Shown here piece after piece: positions 1-13,200 of a DNA stretch of 64,000 nucleotides. The stretch covers positions 32,001 through 96,000 of IMG/VR virus record IMGVR_UViG_3300032038_000007; one strand, given 5' to 3'. The notes under the pieces are model-generated. The model was given only the letters and a program-made list of their open reading frames with translations, was not told the origin of the DNA and searched no databases. A program made the translations under genes and the position numbers. Numbering within the stretch: the stretch's first letter is position 1; each line of letters begins with the position of its first letter. Source of the stretch: a virus (taxonomy: Duplodnaviria; Caudoviricetes).

Positions 1-1
1 T

Positions 2-2677
2 GTTTCTGGCGGAAATAAGGTTAAAATTGATAAGGTGATTGGTGGGACGGTGGCGTGGAATTAGCTCGACTATCAGCGAGAAGGAGCAGCATTCACCGGA
101 CGGTACTCGCCTATGTGGCAGCTTACGGCATCAAACGCGCCGTACATCTATTCTGGGCATATCTATCTGTGCAGCTTCGTGCAACCTACTTGTGCTGTAT
201 ATCGGCAGAATGTTCCAGCTTTGCCAGCTGGTTATAAGGTATATCCCGCGCCGACAGTTGAGACAAGGCAAGAGTTTCTTGTTCAAGCAAGCGACAATCG
301 CGCACCCAGTGAGATAACTATATCTTTCGCTGGGATAATCAGCAAACACGCGACAACAGAAGAAAGCTACGCGCTCAAGGACAAGCAAATTTTCGACCTG
401 ACGCAGATGTTCGGCGCGACCGTTGCACAGCATTTCCTCGATCTGGAGACCGCAACCGCTGGCGCTGGCGTGGCTCTGTTTCGGCAGATGTTCCCGGAAA
501 GCTACTATCCGTACAATGTGGGAGAGCTTGTCAGCGTCCAGACGAGTTGCAGGAAGACGGTCGGGTTCAACCAGTGGGACGAGGTTTGGGAGTCAGGCAA
601 CATCAGTTCCAACACGGGCGTGAACATCGTAACCACCCTTCAGATTCGCTCGAAGAACTACCTCCGTGTCATGCCGAACACAACGTATTACTTCAAGAGC
701 GTTGCTAAATCTGGCGGCGGTTATGCCTATTACTACGATAAAAACAAGGCATTCGTTGTTGGCGGCATTAGCATTACTCGAAATAGTTCTTTTACAACCC
801 CCGCTGGCGTTTGCTATATGCGGTTTGTTGAAGGACAGTCATATGGTACGGCCTACAATCACGACATCTGCATCAACATCTCCGATCCCTCCCGTAACGG
901 CACATATGAACCGTACAGCGCTCACACTTATCCTCTGGGCAGCACTTTGACGCTTCGCGGTATCCCGGTTCTGACGGATGGCAAAGTGGCGTATGACGGT
1001 GACCAGTACGCGCCGGACGGGACTGTGACGAGGCGATATGGTATTGGTCAAATGACCTATGAATATATCAATGGATTAAATGAAGATTATATTGGTTATG
1101 ATAGTGCAAGAAATGCCGTATGGGTAAGGAATTGGAATTATACTGATTTAGCAGCAAGAAAGAAGGGCGGTATAAACGCAATTTGTAATATTTGTGAAAT
1201 TTCAGCTCATAACATTGATATATTCGCAAGTCAATATAGAATATATTTCCTTGGGTTTAATTCTGTTGAGGATTTTAAGGCAAAAATCCAAGCCCAGGAA
1301 ACATCGGGCAGCGGCCTTTATATCGTTTATGAGCTTGCTACATCCACGGCTGAAACCGCCGATCCATACGAATCCCTCCAAATCGCCGGTAGCACCGAAG
1401 AATTCATTGATGCCGGTGAGCGTGATGTTGCAGTACCTGTTGGCGTAACAGCAGGTTATTACAATGCTGCTACAATTGATTTGGATATTGATGTTGGGGT
1501 GTAGGATGTTTAGGTTAATGGGACTTCTGTAGTTTCTAATGGAATTGCGAATGTACCTCTCGCCGCCGACACTACACTTGGTGTTATTCAGGCGAACGGT
1601 AACTATGGTGTGTACGTTGATAGTAATGGTTATATGCGCACGTCAACCTGTTCATCTGCAGCCGTCAAGGGCGGAACAGAAAGCTACCGTACATTAAAAC
1701 CGAGCAATCAGCACGAATCTACTTTCTACGGTCTTGCTAAAGCCGCGGGCGCAGATATGAAAAATTCTGATAATGCAATAGGTACATATACCGCTGCAGC
1801 AAAAAGTGCTATCCAAAAAATGCTCGGCGTTACAGACCTTTTCGGTAATGAAGAGAATGGCATAACTGCTAGCCGCGCTTATGCTGCTGGTGAAGCATTT
1901 TTTGCCGATAGCAAGCTTTATCGGGCTACTGCCGCAATTGCATAGGATGGCGCGATTGTTACTGATAGTAGTGGGGCGAATTGTGAGGAAATTAGTATTA
2001 CAGAGGATTTTGTTAAGAAGACGGATTATGCAACTAGCTCTACTGCAGGTGTAGTTAAAACTAGTCAAAGCTATGGTACTACAATGTCCAATGGCGCGCT
2101 AGCCATTGCGCCCGCAAGTAACGATAATATAAAAGGCGGTACAAATGCTTATAAACCAATTGTGCCAGCGAAATAGGACTAGGCAGTATTCTATGGCCTA
2201 GCGAAAGTAGCGGGAGCAGATTTAGCTAGTGAGACTGTAACATTAGGAACGTATCCTGATGCTGCGAAAACCGCAATAAAATCTATGCTAGGAATAGCAG
2301 ACAGTTTTCCTGTTACATCCACATTAACCGACGATTTTTATTCTGTAAAAGTCACAAACGGGACTTCAACGCTAGTTAAAGAAACCTTTGATGCCCGTGC
2401 TTATGGTGCAGATGCTGGCGGAACTGGCGGCGCTATTAACGTTGAACTACAACGTAATCAGCGTCTGGTATATGGCGAAATGCTTGATATTCAAATTATG
2501 ACTGTGCCGTCTTATGGACTATGCGGTCTTACATTTATTAGTGGAAGTACGCCAACCGTTTTAACATTACCAGATACTGTAGTGATGCCAGAATGGTGGA
2601 TCGGCGCGGAAGCTAACCGCAGATATGATATAATGTTCTTGGATGGACATGGGGCGGTGATGTCATGGCCGCTATGA
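2..2677 (+). CDS. Tail/receptor-binding protein, 5' partial, TAG read as Gln
   Basis: ORFs 113-1504, 1610-1945 and 2285-2677 share one frame and are joined only by TAG. Readthrough gives GGTVAWNQL and VQDVQVNGTSVV. Two ~90-aa internal repeats (…FYGLAK.AGAD…GTY..AAK.AI..MLG). Ends at TGA, overlapping the next ATG. Confidence 0.8.
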
Positions 2678-3828
2678 TGCAAGAATGGTTTAATATGATT
2701 GCGGCCTAGCCGCATTTAGAAACTGTTGCTAGCGGTAATACAGGTTACTGCGATGCAATTGCACGATTTAAAACTAATTTAACTTTGCCGTTAAAAGAAG
2801 CAAACATCACACTGTCTCCCATTTAGGGAGGCAGTGGCGACCCTTCCCCGACAAATGTACGAGCTATTAGTGGTGTAGATAGTATTTAGGTGACTAAAGC
2901 GGGTGTTAATTTGTTGGAGTGTGATACTTTTAGTAATGGTACTGACTAGGGAATTACTTATACAAAAACTGTTAATGATTCTAATCAAATTGAATCTATT
3001 TAGGCGACTGGAACAACTTCAAGTGGTAATGTTTTTCGTAATTTAAATTATACACAAACTACCTTTAAACTTTTAGAAGGCACGTTTGATTTTTACGGCT
3101 ATTCTACATAGGTAGCTGTAATTCCAGTGCATACCAATACTCATTATAACGATATATCGGGCAAGTGGGCATCTAATTTTACAACAGTAGATTGGGATAA
3201 ATATAATATTACTAAACAAGCATCAGCTTGGGCAAGGCTTTAGGTAGTACCATATGCTTCAAATATAGAAGTTAATACAACAGTCTATCCAATGATATGT
3301 TTACCGCAAGATGAAGGATGCGATTATGAGCCGTTTAAGGGTATCAAATATAATATATCTTTTCCATCTACTATTTACAACGGCGCTCTTGACCTACTTA
3401 CTGGCGCTTTAACCGCAACACATGCTTGCATTACATTTGATGGCAGTTCTGATGAGCAATGGAATGTAGAAACTATATCTGCCGGAACTAATTTCTATAT
3501 TCAAGTTGCTGATGCAGATTATGAAGATGCCATAGGAGGAACTCAAATATGTAATATGGCTGTAAAAAGAGGTACAAATGAATATGCTTAGGGAAGATTT
3601 TTCATCTCTTCGTCTAAAAATTTTAACTTAGCAATTGGTGATTTAATCAATGTTACAACGCCTAGTGCATTTCGTGAGTGGCTAACAACTCATAATGTTC
3701 AATTATATTATAAATTAGCTACTCCATTAGTATATCAACTTACCCCGCAAGTAATTCGCACCTTCCGCGGTGTAAACAACATCTGGTCAGATAATGGAAT
3801 TATGAATATAAAATATTGGACTAATTAA
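2674..3828 (+). CDS. Tail-associated protein (TAG=Gln)
   Basis: ATG 2674 to TAA 3828 with about 8 in-frame TAGs. Contains PI(Q)GGSGDPSPTNVRAISG and C-terminal YQLTPQVIRTFRGVNNIWS, typical of Bacillota phage tail proteins. Confidence 0.75.
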
Positions 3829-3872
3829 TTTGCGGCATCCGCCGCGTATTTCTCATCAAGGAGGAATTTATT

Positions 3873-4184
3873 ATGAATCAATACTATATTATTGAAATAC
3901 AACAATATCTAAATGGCGAATATGGTCATATTGTACACTATGCGTATGACCAAGACCCAACTCGCGCTCGTTTATTAGCAGAATCTAAGTACCACGAAGT
4001 ATTAGCGGCTGCTGCTATAAGTGAACTACCAAGTCATAGCGCCACCTTACTAACAGCAGACGGACGCTCTTTAATGAATCAGTGCTACCGTCACGCTGTA
4101 CAGCAGACTGAGCCAGAAACTGAACCTGAGACTGAGCCAGAAACTGAGCCTGAGACCGAGCCTGAGACTAATGAGGAGACTTGA
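3873..4184 (+). CDS. Hypothetical protein with C-terminal (EPET)n acidic repeat
   Basis: RBS AAGGAGGA upstream; ORF track; ends in TGA. Confidence 0.75.
   Translation: MNQYYIIEIQQYLNGEYGHIVHYAYDQDPTRARLLAESKYHEVLAAAAISELPSHSATLLTADGRSLMNQCYRHAVQQTEPETEPETEPETEPETEPETNEET
4107..4170 (+). repeat. 12-bp tandem repeat encoding EPET (about 5 copies)
   Basis: actgagccagaa/actgaacctgag/actgagcctgag units with synonymous variation. Confidence 0.85.
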
Positions 4185-4653
4185 TTGGAATCGAGAAAGG
4201 TGGCGCACTCGTGATTTATTATTAGAATATGATACTGCGATTATGCCTCCTCATCCGCGGGCTGGTGGAATAGCAGTAGTTTATCCGTGGGGGTCATCCT
4301 ATTATGACAACGTAATAGATTATTCTGTTCCACATCTACCTCATACTACTAGCTTATCTATGATTTATCCATGGGAAAATACTTCATTAAATATACTCAA
4401 TCATTAGTTATATTTAATTGCCGTACAAAATGGTTTCGATGGCACAGAAGAAGACTTTAAAGATTTATTCAGGGGCTATGTAGGGCCACGTAGTATTCTA
4501 TTTGCTACTTACGAGAATTTTCCTGAAACTGGTATTCAAGATAAGTTATATTTTGACTTGGAAACTAAAATTTTATATTATTGGAATAATGAATACATTC
4601 CAGTTAATGCAATGCTAATTGCTGATACTGCACTTGATGGAGGCGGTGCCTAA
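4171..4653 (+). CDS. Hypothetical structural protein (TAG=Gln)
   Basis: Reads through TAG 4405 into LYLIAVQNGFDGTEEDF and ends LDGGGA-TAA, overlapping the next ATG. Confidence 0.7.
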
Positions 4654-5351
4654 TGGCTACAAATTCAGTAAAAGTTACATTATAGATTAGGCATGACATA
4701 GCCTCAAATTGGACAATAAGAGACCCCGTACTCGCCCAAGGCGAGTACGGCCTCGAGCAGGATACTTTTTTAATTAAAGTTGGTGATGGTGTACGCACTT
4801 GGTCTAATCTTCCATATTTAAATAAGTTAAATGCAACTTACTTCAAATTACTAGAAGACGGAACTATGACCTTTAGCGATGAATTCATGAACACCATTGC
4901 GGCACTTGAAGCCGCGGCTGGTCAAGCTATCACTAAATTAGAGGTCACTGATCCTCCAGTAAAAGATATAGATGTACCAAATAAAAAGTATGTTGACGAT
5001 GCCATTAGACAAGCGGGACATTTACATAGAGAAGTTGTAAACGCTCTACCAGACGCGGCTGAAGCTGATGAAAATACATTGTACATGTTATTGGCTACAG
5101 ACGGTAATCATTATGAAGAATATATGGTCATTAATGGCGTTTGGGATATGGTAGGAAGTACTGGGGATGGTACTGGAGTATATGAGTTACCAATCGCGAC
5201 TAACGCTCGTCTTGGTGGCGTTAAATCTTCAACAGCAGACGATTTTATTGCAGTAAATCAAGACGGATTTATGACTTTAAATAACGTTTCTACTACAAAA
5301 CTGTATGTTCCAACGGGGGATGTATTTATTATTTACGGCGGCAGCGCTTAA
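4653..5351 (+). CDS. Tail protein with Mtd-N/hyaluronidase-type N-terminal domain (TAG=Gln)
   Basis: TL(Q)IRHD..NW…PVLAQGEYGLEQDT..KVGDG..W..LPY motif; joins ORF 4866-5351. Confidence 0.8.
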
Positions 5352-5364
5352 GGGGGTGCAATAA

Positions 5365-7305
5365 ATGGCGGAACATATGATTGAAGCACGCATATTATTG
5401 CGCTATGATACCTATTCTAACTGGATGAATAGTACAACTATTTTAAAATAGGGCGAAGCAGCGCTCGCCGCCTTTCCCCTTGATACAAATATTGCTGGCA
5501 CTAATACAGCACCAGAGCATACACCGCCAGCTATTGGGATGAAAATTGGCGATGGCTATCATAGATTTTCAGAGCTCCCTTGGCTACAGGGCGTTGCCGC
5601 CGATGTATATAATTGGGCAAAACAGGTAAACAAGCCAACTTATAGTGCCGCCGAAATTACAGGATTAGAGCAATTAATTGAACAATATGTTAGAGAAATA
5701 AGCGGAGGCGATATTACAATTGAGCCAAAAGCTTATCGGCTATATCAAGGCACTGGCGATGATAGTGAAAAATATTTTTTATAGTCTCGCGGTTCTAATG
5801 ATGTAACTTGGGTAACAGATACTAATAACTATATTGATTTAACGAAATATTCCGATGCAATCAGTTGGTTAGGTACTGCATATGAAAATTATTGGACATT
5901 GGCTGGTTATATTACTAGCCGTCTTAACGATAAATTTAGTGCCTTAACGGTAGAAGATAATGCAGTACAAAATTAGTTTGTTACTTCTGTTAGTGAATCA
6001 AATGGCGTAATTACTGTCACACGTTCTTCAATAAATGCTTCAATGATTAACGGGGTTTTGAGCGTTGACCATGGCGGTACAGGCATATCAAACATTCCCT
6101 CTGGGCATGTTATTATCGGTAATGAGGCTGGCGCTGTAACTACCACAGAAGTAGTTAGTAGATTTGAGTATGGATTAGATTCTAATTTAGCAACTGTAGG
6201 GGCTATAACTCGTTACGTGGACAACGCAACTGCTGGTCTCACCGGCGCAATGCATTTTATAGGTGAAGCTACCGTTGTTATTACGCACAATTCTAATGTT
6301 GACCCCCGCATTAGTGGATATGATTTTCGTTAGGCATAGCCCGGCGATGTTATTTTAAGTCCTGATAAGGCTGAATATGTATGGACTGGCGCCAATTGGC
6401 GGCTACTTGGTGATGAGGGAAGTTATGCAGTTAAGGGCAGTATTACTAATGTTGATATTGCTGACAATGCAGAAATTGATTAGTCTAAAATAGCTAATTT
6501 AGACAGCTCTTTATTTTCTAAAGTCGATAAAGTTAGCGGAAAAGCTTTAAGTACAAATGACTATACCGACGAAGAACAAAATAAGTTAGCCAGTATTGAA
6601 GAGAATGCGCAACGAAATCTTATTGAACACATTTTCCTTAACGACGTTGAAGCGACTCCTACCGTGCGCGAAGGGAAGCCTAACTCTATTTCAATACGTT
6701 TAAGTTCGTTAACGCCCGATGAAGAAGAAAAATTGCGCGGTATTGAAAGTTATGCTCAAGTAAATACTATTGAGCATATATTTTTAAATGGCGTTGAGCT
6801 TGGAATAGGACGAGTTAATTAGATTGATAAGGCTGTTAATATTGAATTAATTGAATTTACCTAGCAAGAAAAAACCAAGTTAAACAATATTGAAGCAGGA
6901 GCTTAGGTAAATACTATTGATGGTATTACAGTGAATGGGTAGTACATAATACCCTCGCAAGACAAAATTGTAGACATCACTGTACCAGACCATGCCGACC
7001 ATATAAATAAAATTGAAGAAATATGGTTGAATGGCGTAAAATTAACGCCAAATGAGAGCAAATAGGTAAATATAGTAATTGATACAGCGGCTGTCAATTT
7101 TACTGTTATTGAAGGGGCTAGAGTTCCTCTCACAGATAACACTTACGAAAATGTAGATATAGTAGAAGATAATGGGCATAAAAAATTAGAGTTCTCAAGA
7201 ATTGCAAAGACTGGTAGTATATACGATATAAATAATACTCCAGCTTCAAATACAACGGATTATTTAATTTTAAATTGCGGCGATGCTTCTACATTTATTG
7301 ATTAA
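5365..7305 (+). CDS. Tail fibre-like protein with Mtd-N-type domain and AQVNTIE repeats (TAG=Gln)
   Basis: RILLRYD..NW…KIGDG..FSELPW motif. Fragments 5539-5784 and 6043-6333 are in one frame. Repeats AQRNLIEHIF, AQVNTIEHIF and A(TAG)VNTIDGI. Confidence 0.75.
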
Positions 7306-7338
7306 ACTTGGCTGGAATGATGCCGAGGAGGAGTTTTC

Positions 7339-7896
7339 ATGGCAACAAAAACCGTGAATACAAGAATTCAGTTGAAAAGTGACACTGAAGCAAATTGGCT
7401 AAAAGCAGGGCCTAAAGAAGGGTCTACAGGCTTCGTGCCACTTAAGGGTGAGCTCATCATCTATTCGGCTGATGGGGCTCACCCTTTTTCTCGTTTAAAG
7501 GTGGGGGATGGAGAACATAATGTTACTGCATTGCCGTTTATTGATGCGGGAACTGTTGGAGGACAGGTTCTTTCTTAGGTAATTCTTCAATATGACAATA
7601 TAAACTCATTCCCTTCTATAGGACAAGAAGATAAAATGTATATTGATTTAGCCACTAAAGCAATTTATTGTTATAAAGCTAGTACAGGATATGCACGTTT
7701 ATCTCATTTTACTTATACCGCCACGACAACAAATATTCCTATTATTTCTAGTTGGGATAAAGGTGTAATGACAACGGCATCAATAGATGGAACTGCTTTA
7801 GCTATTGAGAATGGCCGTGAGCCAGAACTAACATTCGTAGACGGCGGTTTAAATGTAGTTACAGGTATTAGCGAGGTGAATAATACAAATGGCTAA
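7339..7896 (+). CDS. Tail protein with Mtd-N-type domain (TAG=Gln)
   Basis: RIQLKSDTEANW…PLKGELIIY…RLKVGDG…LPF; one TAG at 7576 joins ORFs 7339 and 7636. Confidence 0.8.
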
Positions 7897-10243
7897 TGGA
7901 TATATAGGTTAGGTTCGTATAGGAACTAATGATTATAAAATAGGCTCTACATTATATGCAGTTTGTAGTGAAACAGGGCAAAATAGAACTGTTGTAATTG
8001 AGGGATTTGCTATAAGTACTGGCGTTACAGTACATATTAAATTTGAACATGGATATACTGATACCGCAAATGCTCCTACTTTAACAATTAAATCCAGCAG
8101 TAGTGACTCAGACGCGCTTCCTTTTGATATTATTAATGCTAATGGCCCCGAAACATGGAGCGATGGTAGTGTAATTTCTTTAACACTTACAGGAACTTCA
8201 ACAGATAATTATAAATGGGCTATAAATAGCAGTGCTATTGACGGCTCTTCTATTTAGAATCTTTCTTTAGGTTAGATAACTAGCGCCGGCAAAATTGCCG
8301 GAAAAGCTTCATAGGCTGTAGTAACAAATGCAAGCGCGGAAATTACTGCTATTAATTTAGCTGTTGCAGACCCGGATGCTGATGGTACTGGTTTAACTTT
8401 TATTGATACTATTTCTTAGAATTCTTAGGGTAAAATTACAGCCACTAAAAGAACAGTTTAGAGTGCTTCTCGTGAGCAGGCTGGCGTCATTCAGTTGCCT
8501 AGTGGTACTACTACAGAAAAATTTCTACGTGAAGATGGAACTTGGATAAAACCTTCATATATAGCAAATACAGATACTAAAATACGTGTTTATTTAGCTA
8601 CTAATTCCACTGGCGTAGAATTACCATTAGTTGGATTAAATAGCGGCAATGCCACCGCGGCTTATGCTACTCATACTTCTGGCACAAAAGATGTTTATGG
8701 TGCAATCCCTAATACTGTTGCTAATCGTGCGACAATCAATTCCAAAACTGGCGCCATTACTGTGCCAGGGGGTATTATTGGTAATGCTTCTACAGCAACT
8801 AATTTCTCAGCGGCAAAAAATATTGCCTTAACAGGCGATATTACCGGTAATGCAGATGGCGGAGCTTCTGGCGGATGGTCAATTTCTACTACAATTGGAG
8901 CAGGCAAAGTTACTAATGATATGCTAGCAGGCTCAATTGCCATTACTAAATTAACCGCTTCTACAATTGCTATTGGCACTTAGACTAAATCATTAGGGCA
9001 ATCTTTTGATACCGCAAAATTAGTAACAGATTTAGGCTTGTCATCAGCGATGAAATATAAAGGTGGAGTCGCTTCTTTGCCAACGGCTACTAGCAGCACT
9101 ACTTTTAGTACTTATAATGCGGGTGATGTAGTAACTATTACTGGAACTACTAATCAAGGAAAAGAATATGTATATAATAAAGGTGCAACAGCCGCGGCTT
9201 CAAGTTGGGTCGAATTAGGAGACGAAAGCTCATATAAGGTAAAGCAAGATGCAGTAACAAGTCCGTCAGTACCAGAGTCAGGCCCCAATTCTGAGACTGC
9301 TTTTATTGATACTATTACTTAGGACGTTAATGGCGTTATAACCGCGACAAAAAAGAATGTTAATTTCCCAGTGACTTCTGTTGCAGGAAAAACCGGCGCG
9401 GTGACACTAAGTAATACGGATGTCGGCTTAGGTAAGGTAACCAATCACGCATAGGTTACATCAATAACTTGGAGTAATAGCACTTTAAAGCAATCTATTA
9501 GTGGCGGAACTGCTACTGATATTGTTACGGCTAGTACATTAAAAAGCGCAATGTCCTTAAGTAATGTAACTAATGATGCACAAATTGCAAAATCTATTGG
9601 TACAACTAAAGGCGATATAATTTATTTTGATGGGGCTTCAAGCCCAAAGAGACTAGATATTGGGACAGCAGGACAAGTTTTAACTGTTTCTGATTCAGGA
9701 ATACCGGCTTGGGAAGCTAATGCTTCAACTGATGAAAAGGTTGAACAAATTCCATATAATGATGGCACAAATGATAAAACTTTTAATCTTTTATTTAAGC
9801 ATACAAATAATGATACAAAAGAAACTAATAATGTATATTATTCTACTGTATCTAGCAAGAAATTAACATTTAATCCTAAATCTGGTACTTTAAGTGCTAC
9901 AAAATTTAGTGGTAGCGGCGCTGGATTAACTACAAAGTCAGTTCCTTTAACTGCATTAGCTGATTATGATGGAACTGGGACTAAATTTTTACGACAAGAT
10001 GGATGGAAAACAGTTAGTGTATCGTTAACTGGTTCTACAAGTACAAGTAAGACTGTAGTTACTAATGTTACATTTAATCAAGGTAGTTTTCCAACTTTAG
10101 GTGAATCAGGCAAGGCCGCAAAATTTAACGTTAGCAACGGTGTGCTAGAAATTACAGCTGGTAGCGATGCCGCATTAAGCAGTGGCACATTGCCTTCTCT
10201 CGGAACAATTAGCAGAGCAACATTAGGAATTACAGGAAGTTAA
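7889..10243 (+). CDS. Tail fibre protein (TAG=Gln)
   Basis: ATG 7889; ORFs 8495, 9038 and 9551 are in frame; Thr/Ser/Gly-rich; motifs GNASTAT, VTSVAGKTGAVTL, KGDIIYF..RL.IGT.GQVL. Confidence 0.75.
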
Positions 10244-10256
10244 GGTGGTGAATTAA

Positions 10257-13200
10257 ATGGCAAGTAAAGTAGGCGGAATGGTCTAGAAAATAAGCTTTGA
10301 TGATGTAACGTACGGAATAGCTTCAACCGCATATGGAGAGTGTGAAACACCAGTTGATACGGCTGCAAAAACAGTTGCTATGACCGGCTTTACCTTGCTA
10401 GAAGGCACCACGGTGCATATTAAATTTATAAATGGCAACAGTGCTACAGAGCCAACTCTTAATATATAGAGCACAGGGGCAAAGCCTATTATAGGTACTT
10501 CTGATACTAATTGGAATGCAAATGAAGTAGTAGAATTTACCTATGATGGCGCGAATTGGGTTTGTAATACTGGTAGCTCATTAGGTATAGGTACTGGTCT
10601 TACTAAAGAGTCAAATAATATAGTTAAAAATTATCGTGGCATTGAATACATACGTGGTGAATGGACTGCGAACACAAATGTTTGGGTCGCAACAAGTACA
10701 GATAATGAATTATATGACGGCAAACAAATTCTATTATATATGCCTTATTCAGGCAATGGCTCTAATGTAACATTAAATTTAAATCTTGCGGACGGCACTA
10801 CTACAGGCGCGAAGAATGTTTACTATGAATCTACTACGCGCTTTACAACACACAAGAGCGCATATGCATAGTTACATTTAATCTATCATGAAAATCATTC
10901 TATTAACGGCACTAATTATACCGGATGGTGGTATGTGGCAAATAGGGATACTACTAATGTCGATGATTTACGAATGGCCTTCAGCTCTTTCAAAGCAAAA
11001 ACGGTAATTTATAGATACCAACTATTATTAACTTATGATGAGGAATATTTATTACCTATAAATACAGTAAATAATAGTACAGCAACTAATAAGACACTAA
11101 CAACAGAATCATTTAATCCTTTGGCGTCTGTATATTTTTATAATGCTACAAATACAGTGAATGCTGACGACGTAATCGGAGCGTACAGGATTTATGTTAA
11201 TTCTGGTCAGGCTAATTTAAGTTATTCATTTAATATTAGCCCAGGTTTAGTATCAAATAATTCTGTCTATTTGGTATGCGTACCGCAAGATGGAGGAAAG
11301 GCAAAATTACATCCATCCGCGCCGCTGGCTTAGATGTTGCCAAGCACTGAAGATGGTTATATATATAAATATTTAGGACAGGCTAGAAACACCAATACAA
11401 TATAGTTATAGCCTTATTAGCCATGTTATGTTTATCGTAATGGTTCAATTTAGCTGTATATACAAGATTCTCAAACTGTTAATGGTCATACTGTTGACGC
11501 TAATGTCCCTTCAAATGCAATCTTTACAGATACAAATAAATACCATAAATCAGGTTCATGGAGCGGCTTAACTTATACTGCAACAGCGGTTAATAGTGCT
11601 GATGAGTTAAAATTTACTATTCCTGATAATTATGGTGATACAAAGAATCCTTATGGGACAAAAGCAAAAAATCTTGTCCTTGCGGGGCCTTCTAGCGGAA
11701 GTAACGCGGCGCCAAGTTTTAGGGCGCTAGTTGCGGCTGATATCCCAAACTCTATTTTAAAATGGCAAACTACTACCGCAGAAAGTACGGCATTATATGA
11801 TTTTGGCGTATATGTTAATATGAATCATGCTAATGGTAGTGGCATGACTGGTAATAATTATTTTAGTATTTTAAATATACCCTATAGAAAAGCTTCTGGT
11901 AACACAAAGGCAGATTGGGGTTGGTAGTTGGGCAATATTACGGATAATGATGGACGATTATGGTACCGTACAGCAGGAGATAATGTATGGGGAGATTGGC
12001 AAACAATTGCTCATGCAACATAGAGTACAAATGATATTGGAAGTTCTTCACAGCCAGTTTATATGACTAAAACAGGTGTTATAACCGCAGTAACCGCCGT
12101 TGGAGCCGCGTATGGTGGAACTGGTAAAACAACATTAAAAGATAGTGCTAATACATTAATAAATGCTTTAGATACTGGCGCTTCTAATTTAACAGCGAAT
12201 GATTATGTAATTACGCAATACGTTGACGGCGGAACTACTACAACGACTTATCATAGACGACCAGCAAGTAAGGTGGTTAATGCTACTTTAGTAAAGGCGG
12301 CATTGGGCACAGTTTCTACAACCGCGAAGAAGTTCTTAAAAGATACCGGCGATTGGGTATAGGTTGCTTGGAGTGATTTAAGTGGCGTACCAAGTACATT
12401 TACACCTGCAGAACATACGCATTCAGAATACGTTACATTGGCTACAGATCAAACGATCTCGGGTACAAAAACATTTTCTTCTATTCTAAACTTTTCTAAA
12501 CCAACCTCCGCTGGCTAGTTAAGAGGATTTAAATTTAATGGTGTTACGGATAACGCGGCTTTATATTATTTAGAGCCTAATTTAAATGATGATGGTCGTT
12601 TACGTTTTATTATGTCAGATAACGATACTGACTCCATTGAAATGGCTTGGTCGCTCTATAGATCTTCGGGAAGGGAAATTCCAGGATAGCATGTTGTACA
12701 TTCATTTAATGCATAGGGGTATGTCATAACTCCCATAACAGAAGCAGATGGGACAGTTAATACTATTACTTTGAGACCAGGTATTACTAATAAAGGTAAT
12801 TTAGGTAGTACTTCATATTACTGGAATAATGCTTATATTACCAATATAAATGGCGTTACAGTTGGTTCTTCTCCAAAATTTACTGATACTACTACTTTTA
12901 CTATAACAGCAAATGCATCTGATGGTCTATGGGACTTAACTGGTACTAATGGGACAAATGCAGTTACCTATTCACTTGCGCCATATAGTGCTAAAGGTTC
13001 GACCGCAAGGTTTTATACAGCCGCAACTAATCCTACTTTAACGACTAGATTAAATTATGATGGTTATTTATATGCCACTAAATTATATAGTGATGGAAAA
13101 GAAGTATTAACATCTCACTAGAGTTTAGCAGATTATGCTACCCTCGCTTCTCCAGCTTTAACAGGTACTCCTACAGCACCAACCGCAGAAGATGGTACTA

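Noticed and set aside
4653-7896. Diversity-generating retroelement suggested by the Mtd-N-type domains
   Set aside because: No reverse transcriptase and no template/variable repeat pair with adenine-specific mismatches were seen in this window.
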